A stretch of 64,000 nt of DNA from Clostridia bacterium (GTDB lineage Bacteria > Bacillota > Clostridia > Oscillospirales > Acutalibacteraceae). The DNA lies in NCBI GenBank assembly GCA_017465505.1, contig JAFTWB010000002.1, forward strand, positions 263 through 64,262, in the 5' to 3' direction. The position numbers and the translations under genes were made by a program. Positions 58,737 through 64,000 of this stretch are shown in pieces. The notes under the pieces are model-generated. The model did no database searches and was not told the DNA's origin. It saw only the letters and a program-made list of their open reading frames with translations. Every line of letters begins with the position of its first letter. The first letter of the stretch is position 1.

Positions 58737-59294
58737 TCACATAGAACCTAAAAGGACAACGAAGATAAGAAAGTAGATACCCCAGAAAACAGTGAAACCG
58801 ATACCGAAGCCGAAACCGATTCTGCCGAGGATAGAGCCAATCTTAGCCTTACCGAAAACCTGACCGTTGTTAGCAGCCATAAACTGAGCAGCAAGCTTCT
58901 TAGCCATTGAGCCGAGGATAATGCCGGGGATACCGAGCTCGCAAAGTGCAAGTGCAAGGATACCCTTGATTAAAAGGCTGTTTGCGTCAACATTTGCTAC
59001 GGGTGCAGCGTTTGTGGGTGCAGAATATGTGGGCTGTGTGTAAGTGGGTGCAGGTGCATAAACATTCTGAGCTTCCTGAACAGGAGCTGCAACAGGAGCA
59101 GCCTCTTCAACAACGGGAGCTGCTACAGGAGCGGCTACAGGAATAGCCTCTTCAACAACAGGAGCTGCAACGGGAACAGCCTCTTCAACAACAGGAGTTT
59201 CAGCAACAGGAGCTGCTGCCTTCACTGCTGTGCCACAGTTAGCACAGAAAGAAGCGTTATCGGGAATTTGTGTGCCGCAATTACTACAAAACAT
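58737..59294 (-). CDS. Zinc-ribbon membrane protein with Ala/Pro/Val repeat linker (DUF4190-like C-terminus)
   Basis: MFCSNCG...FCANCG; three VVEEAxPVAAP repeats; two C-terminal TM segments. Confidence 0.8.
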   Translation of the reverse strand: MFCSNCGTQIPDNASFCANCGTAVKAAAPVAETPVVEEAVPVAAPVVEEAIPVAAPVAAPVVEEAAPVAAPVQEAQNVYAPAPTYTQPTYSAPTNAAPVANVDANSLLIKGILALALCELGIPGIILGSMAKKLAAQFMAANNGQVFGKAKIGSILGRIGFGFGIGFTVFWGIYFLIFVVLLGSM

Positions 59295-59454
59295 AAAAAA
59301 TTCTCCTCATCTGTAATTTAATAAAAATATATTTATATTCTTACGGGAATATGTTACCATATAGTTAAGTTAAGTTCAACACTTTGGAATTAAGTTTATC
59401 ACTTACGCACAAATAGTCGTTTTTTGTTTGTAAATTTTAAGGAGAAATGTGTAT

Positions 59455-59970
59455 ATGAAGCTTCCCTATTCTTTCTTTTACAGAGATTGTCTTGAGGTTG
59501 CAAGAGATTTGGTGGGTAAAGTTCTGGTACGAAAAACCGAAGATGGTATTATTAAACTTCGCATTACAGAAACAGAAAGCTACATCGGCGAAGCCGACAC
59601 CGCCTGCCACGCCCACAAAGGCAGAACAAAACGCACTGAAGTAATGTACGGCAAAGCAGGAACAATTTACGTTTACCTCTGCTACGGTATGCATTGGTTA
59701 CTGAACATTGTCACAGGAAAAGTCGATGACCCTCAGGCGGTTTTAATACGAGCCTGTGAGGATTACCAAGGCCCCGGAAAGTTAACCAAAAAGCTTAAGA
59801 TTAACAAAGATTTCAACGGAAAAAGTATTATTGAATGTGAAGATTTTTACATTGAGGACGACGGCTTTGTTTGTGAAGTCGTTACAGACAAAAGAGTAGG
59901 AATCGGCTACGCCAGCGAAGAAGACCAGAATAAGCTCTGGCGGTTTATAATGAAAAAAGCATCGGACTGA
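59455..59970 (+). CDS. mpg: 3-methyladenine DNA glycosylase (AAG/MPG family)
   Basis: ARDLVGKVL; ITETESY; YVYLCYGMH..LN; AVLIRA; GPGKL; RVGI. Confidence 0.93.
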   Translation: MKLPYSFFYRDCLEVARDLVGKVLVRKTEDGIIKLRITETESYIGEADTACHAHKGRTKRTEVMYGKAGTIYVYLCYGMHWLLNIVTGKVDDPQAVLIRACEDYQGPGKLTKKLKINKDFNGKSIIECEDFYIEDDGFVCEVVTDKRVGIGYASEEDQNKLWRFIMKKASD

Positions 59971-59984
59971 GCCGATGCTTTTGC

Positions 59985-61022
59985 TTATTTTTTGAGCCAT
60001 TTTGTAATTGGATTAAGCCACTTGTCACATCTTGTACAGGGATAAAGAACATAGTCAAAGGGCTTTAAGGAAAGCACAAAGGTCAGAACAAGAGAAACAA
60101 GGAAAAGTGCAGGCAGAGCCCAATTCTCAGGTATTGACCGGAGCATTAAAGTCATAACAGTATACTGAAAAGCATAAAGGGCCGGTCTGTGCAAGGCGTA
60201 AACATTTAAGGTTTTTGAGCCTGTTTTTGTAAGAACAGGGATTTTCCCTGTGGGAATAATGCTTAAAAAAGCAAAGCTGATAGTTGTGCTGAGAATATAG
60301 CAAAAAGTTCTGATTAAAACACCAAAGGGTGCCCAGTCCTTGCCAAATTCCGAGTAGGGGTTGTTACCTGTCATTGCATATCTGAGGCTGAACAAATCCT
60401 TACAGAAAAGGAAAATCACGGCAGTGAAGGCAATAATTATAACAGCAGAGAGAATCTTAACCCAGATTTTATTGAGAAAGGCAAGGAGCTTTTCCCTGTC
60501 CAGCATATATCCCAGAAAAAAGTAGGGATAGTAAACAAAAATTCTGGAAAGCATAAATCCGTCGCCGATTTCGCTTATATAGCCTACTGCAAGGGAAAGC
60601 GCAAAGGTTAACACCAACACCTTTTGGGGGTTGAAATTCTTCAAAAGATAGGTAACACTCATAAAAACCGCCGTTACAAATATGTACCAGGGTGTGCCGC
60701 CTTCACTTGTCCAGCGAAAATGACCAAAGCTTCGAACCAAACCCAGTGTAAGGTAAATCAGCAGTTTCATAAAAAAATACAAAAGAATGTAGGAAGCGAT
60801 TTTTGTGTAGTTGAATTTTTCAGCTTTTACAAAGCTTTTGGAAAAAAGCCCCGTCAGTAGCATAAACATTGGCATATGAAAAGCCGTAATCCACAGAAAA
60901 ACGCTTCGTATAACCTCACTGTCGTTAAGAACTGAGGTTATAGCGTGACCAAAAACCACAAGAAATATAAGTATAGCTTTTGCGTTGTCCCACTTGGCTA
61001 CACGCGGCTTTAAAGAACTCAT
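59985..61022 (-). CDS. Acyltransferase-3 family membrane O-acyltransferase
   Basis: WDNAK..LIFLVVFGH; FHMP.F..L.G.F; PWY; TL.VY.LH. Confidence 0.88.
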   Translation of the reverse strand: MSSLKPRVAKWDNAKAILIFLVVFGHAITSVLNDSEVIRSVFLWITAFHMPMFMLLTGLFSKSFVKAEKFNYTKIASYILLYFFMKLLIYLTLGLVRSFGHFRWTSEGGTPWYIFVTAVFMSVTYLLKNFNPQKVLVLTFALSLAVGYISEIGDGFMLSRIFVYYPYFFLGYMLDREKLLAFLNKIWVKILSAVIIIAFTAVIFLFCKDLFSLRYAMTGNNPYSEFGKDWAPFGVLIRTFCYILSTTISFAFLSIIPTGKIPVLTKTGSKTLNVYALHRPALYAFQYTVMTLMLRSIPENWALPALFLVSLVLTFVLSLKPFDYVLYPCTRCDKWLNPITKWLKK

Positions 61023-61151
61023 ATCATCACTCCTCGAGGTGTATTATAGCTTAATTTTTTACAATATGCAACCTAATTGTGATTATTTAAGGGACTAAAG
61101 GGAATACTACAAAAGACATTAAGTCGCAAAATCATTTTAAGGAGAAATCTT

Positions 61152-61430
61152 ATGAAAAGAATAACTGCACTTTTACTGCTGGTTGTACTTGCCTTTTCAC
61201 TTGTAGCCTGCTCAATGAGCAAAGACAAGGGTGAATCGGAAAAGGTTACAAAGCCCGATGATTCAATCACAACACCTGCAAACAACAACTCAGACAATAA
61301 CTCTGGCAACAACAACTCAGGCAATAATAACAATAATAATTCCAACAATTCTACAAAACCAACAGAAAATATGCTGGAAAGTATGATTCCTGACATCAGT
61401 ACAAACGTAAGCACAGAGGGTCAGCGATAA
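61152..61430 (+). CDS. Small Asn-rich lipoprotein
   Basis: LVAC lipobox; NNNS(G/D) repeats; GGAG RBS; terminator at 61446-61478. Confidence 0.75.
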   Translation: MKRITALLLLVVLAFSLVACSMSKDKGESEKVTKPDDSITTPANNNSDNNSGNNNSGNNNNNNSNNSTKPTENMLESMIPDISTNVSTEGQR

Positions 61431-61571
61431 AAAAGCCCGATACTCAGGGAAGTGAAAAACATCACTTCCCTGTTTTTATTTCTTTAAATGTATTGTAAAT
61501 TATATTAAAAGGTGTATAATATGAGGCGGAATACGGGTGTCACACACACTGTGAAAAAAGAGGATTATTTT

Positions 61572-62930
61572 ATGAAGATTATTGTTGTAGGCTGCGGTAA
61601 AATCGGTCAGTCTATTATTGCAAGTCTTATAAGTGAAGGTCACGACGTTGTCGCCATTGACAAAGACCCTGAGGTTCTTGGAGAGGTTACCAACGTTTAC
61701 GATGTATTCAGCATTTGCGGTATCGGCACAGACTGCGAGGTTCTCACAGAGGCAGATACAGCCAAGGCGGATATTTTTATCGCTGTTACAGGCTCCGATG
61801 AGCTTAATATGCTCAGCTGTTACCTTGCAAAAACTCTGGGCGCTCAGAACACAATTGCACGTATCCGCAATCGTGAGTATAACGAAAAGAGTCTGGGCTT
61901 TTTACAGCACGAGCTTAACCTCTCTATGTCTATCAACCCCGAATTTTTCGCCGCTCACGATATTTACAATGTTCTCAAGCTGCCCTCAGCCGCTCACATT
62001 GAAACCTTCTCCACAAGAAATTTTGAAATTGTTGAGCTTATCCTCAGAGAAAACTCTCCCCTTTCGGGAGTTAAAATTATGGATTTAAGACGCCAGCACA
62101 AGGCAAAGTTCCTTATTTGTGCAGTTTGCAGAGATGAAAAGGTGTTCATCCCTGACGGTAATTTTGTACTCCAAAGCGGCGACAGAATCGCACTCACTGC
62201 TGTTCCCTCTGAAATTATCAAGCTGCTTAAATCTCTGAAGATTACTCAGCGTTCTGCAAAAAAGGTTATGATTTTAGGTGCCAGCCGCACAGGCTACTAC
62301 CTTGCCAGAATGCTTGTGCTTTCAGGTGTTTCTGTTATTATTATCGACAAAGACCAGAAGGTCTGCGAAGAAATCGCCGAGGCTCTGCCCGGTGCCACTG
62401 TTATTCTTGGCGACGGTGCTCAGCAGGAGCTTTTAAGAGAAGAAGGCTTGGGAGAAGTTGACGCCTTTATCTCTCTTACCGGTATGGATGAGCAGAATAT
62501 TCTCATCTCCTACTACGCTCATAGCCAGAACGTGCCCAAAGTTATTACCAAGGTAAACCGAAATGAGTTTATCCCTCTTGCTACAGGTCTGGGGCTTGAC
62601 ACTATAGTTTCTCCCAGAAGAACGATTTCCGATGTTGTTTTGAGATATGTAAGAGCTCTGAAAAACTCTGTGGGAAGCAACGTTGAAAAGCTTTACAAGA
62701 TTATGGACGGTAAGGCTGAGGCACTTAAGTTTAACGTCCGTGAAGATTTCAAATACATTGATATTCCTTTAAAGGATATCAACTTTATATCCAATATCCT
62801 TATTGCAGGCATACTCAGAAACCGCAAGGCAATGGTGCCCACAGGTGACACGGTTATTCTTCCCGGAGATAAGGTTATTGTTATCAGTGCCGAGCACAGA
62901 CTTTACGACTTGGCGGATATTATTAAGTAA
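61572..62930 (+). CDS. trkA: Trk K+ uptake regulatory subunit
   Basis: MKIIVVGCGKIG; tandem RCK_N/RCK_C domains; ATG at 61572 after GAGG. Confidence 0.95.
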   Translation: MKIIVVGCGKIGQSIIASLISEGHDVVAIDKDPEVLGEVTNVYDVFSICGIGTDCEVLTEADTAKADIFIAVTGSDELNMLSCYLAKTLGAQNTIARIRNREYNEKSLGFLQHELNLSMSINPEFFAAHDIYNVLKLPSAAHIETFSTRNFEIVELILRENSPLSGVKIMDLRRQHKAKFLICAVCRDEKVFIPDGNFVLQSGDRIALTAVPSEIIKLLKSLKITQRSAKKVMILGASRTGYYLARMLVLSGVSVIIIDKDQKVCEEIAEALPGATVILGDGAQQELLREEGLGEVDAFISLTGMDEQNILISYYAHSQNVPKVITKVNRNEFIPLATGLGLDTIVSPRRTISDVVLRYVRALKNSVGSNVEKLYKIMDGKAEALKFNVREDFKYIDIPLKDINFISNILIAGILRNRKAMVPTGDTVILPGDKVIVISAEHRLYDLADIIK

Positions 62931-62939
62931 GAGGTAATT

Positions 62940-64000
62940 ATGAATCGCAGAATGGTACTTAACACTGTGGGTCATATTATTCTGGCAGAAGCTGCTCTTC
63001 TGCTTCTGCCTGCCATAGTGTCTGTTATTTATATGGAAAAATGCCTCTGGGCATTTCTTATTACAATCGGCATTGCTCTCTCCTTGGGGCTTTTGCTGAA
63101 GTTCACCACTAAGCCCGACAGCAAGGTTATCTACGCAAAAGAAGGCTTTGTAATTGTTACATACGCCTGGTTGCTAATGTCGGCAATCGGTGCTCTGCCC
63201 TTTGTTATCAGCGGTGAAATCCCTCATTTTATTGACGCCTTTTTCGAAACTGTTTCGGGATTTACCACCACGGGTGCCTCAATCCTTACAGACGTGGAAA
63301 GTATGAGCCACGGGATTCTTTTCTGGCGAAGCTTTACTCACTGGATTGGCGGTATGGGTGTTATTGTTTTTGTTATGGCCATTATCCCCAATATTACAGA
63401 CCGCTCTATGAACATTATGAAAGCGGAAGTACCCGGCCCGACTGTAGGCAAGCTTGTGCCCAAGGCAAGAGATACCGCAAAAATTCTTTATCTCATTTAC
63501 ATTGCACTCACTCTTGTTATGATAGTAATGTTACTTTTCGGTGGTATGCCTCTTTTTGACAGTATTGTACACACTTTCGGCACCGCAGGCACAGGCGGTT
63601 TTGGTATCAAATCAACAAGTATCGGCGGGTACACACCATATTGCCAATGGGTTATTACCGTATTTATGCTGGTTTTCTCAGTTAATTTCAACATTTATTA
63701 TCTCGTTTTACTGGGCAAATTCAAATCTGTACTCAAAAGTACGGAGCTTTGGTTTTTCATTGGCTTAGTTATTATAAGTATCGCTGTCATAACTACCAAT
63801 ATACGAGTCAGCTATACTACGTTTGAAGAAACTTTAAGATATTCTTCTTTCCAGGTGGCTACGATTATTTCAACTACAGGTTATGCTACTACAAATTTCA
63901 ACACTTGGCCCGGACTGAGCAAGGCTATTCTCTTTATGCTGATGTTTATCGGCGGATGTGCAGGCTCTACCGCAGGCGGACTAAAAAACGCCAGAGTTGT
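62940..64000 (+). CDS. trkH: Trk K+ uptake membrane subunit (3' end runs off the window)
   Basis: Manual translation from ATG at 62940: FFETVSGFTTTGAS; WIGGMG; GTGGFG; STTGY; FIGGCAGSTAGG. Confidence 0.95.
   Translation, partial: MNRRMVLNTVGHIILAEAALLLLPAIVSVIYMEKCLWAFLITIGIALSLGLLLKFTTKPDSKVIYAKEGFVIVTYAWLLMSAIGALPFVISGEIPHFIDAFFETVSGFTTTGASILTDVESMSHGILFWRSFTHWIGGMGVIVFVMAIIPNITDRSMNIMKAEVPGPTVGKLVPKARDTAKILYLIYIALTLVMIVMLLFGGMPLFDSIVHTFGTAGTGGFGIKSTSIGGYTPYCQWVITVFMLVFSVNFNIYYLVLLGKFKSVLKSTELWFFIGLVIISIAVITTNIRVSYTTFEETLRYSSFQVATIISTTGYATTNFNTWPGLSKAILFMLMFIGGCAGSTAGGLKNARV

Overview
Low-GC Firmicute chromosomal segment. The dockerin/cohesin and starch-binding modules suggest a Ruminococcus bromii-like Oscillospiraceae/Acutalibacteraceae organism; this taxonomy is inferred, not shown. 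Layout: (1) about 3-30 kb, a cell-surface island with a putative CBM-cohesin-dockerin adaptor, dockerin-only proteins, three giant secreted proteins (about 2240, 3619 and 1628 aa) and two paralogous 43-53 aa peptides; (2) an enoate-reductase/aconitase-X operon; (3) a sortase-C pilus locus whose fibro-slime/CBM26 tip adhesin is 5'-truncated; (4) an F-type ATP synthase operon with a delta-alpha fusion and an N-terminally extended c subunit; (5) a roughly 900-bp non-coding region holding two branched palindromic elements of the same architecture but different sequence, followed by tRNA-Tyr and tRNA-Thr; (6) nadABC-niaR, pnuC with an attenuator-like leader, then housekeeping and transport genes (alsT, ddh, MATE, mpg, acyltransferase, trkA/trkH). 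I saw no CRISPR array, integrase or transposase. The best candidates for undescribed systems are the twin GNA-triloop palindromic elements, the repeated 'giant protein C-terminal domain + micro-peptide + dockerin adaptor' cassette, the enoate reductase-AcnX module and the pnuC leader RNA. All family assignments come from motif recognition by eye; no searches were run.
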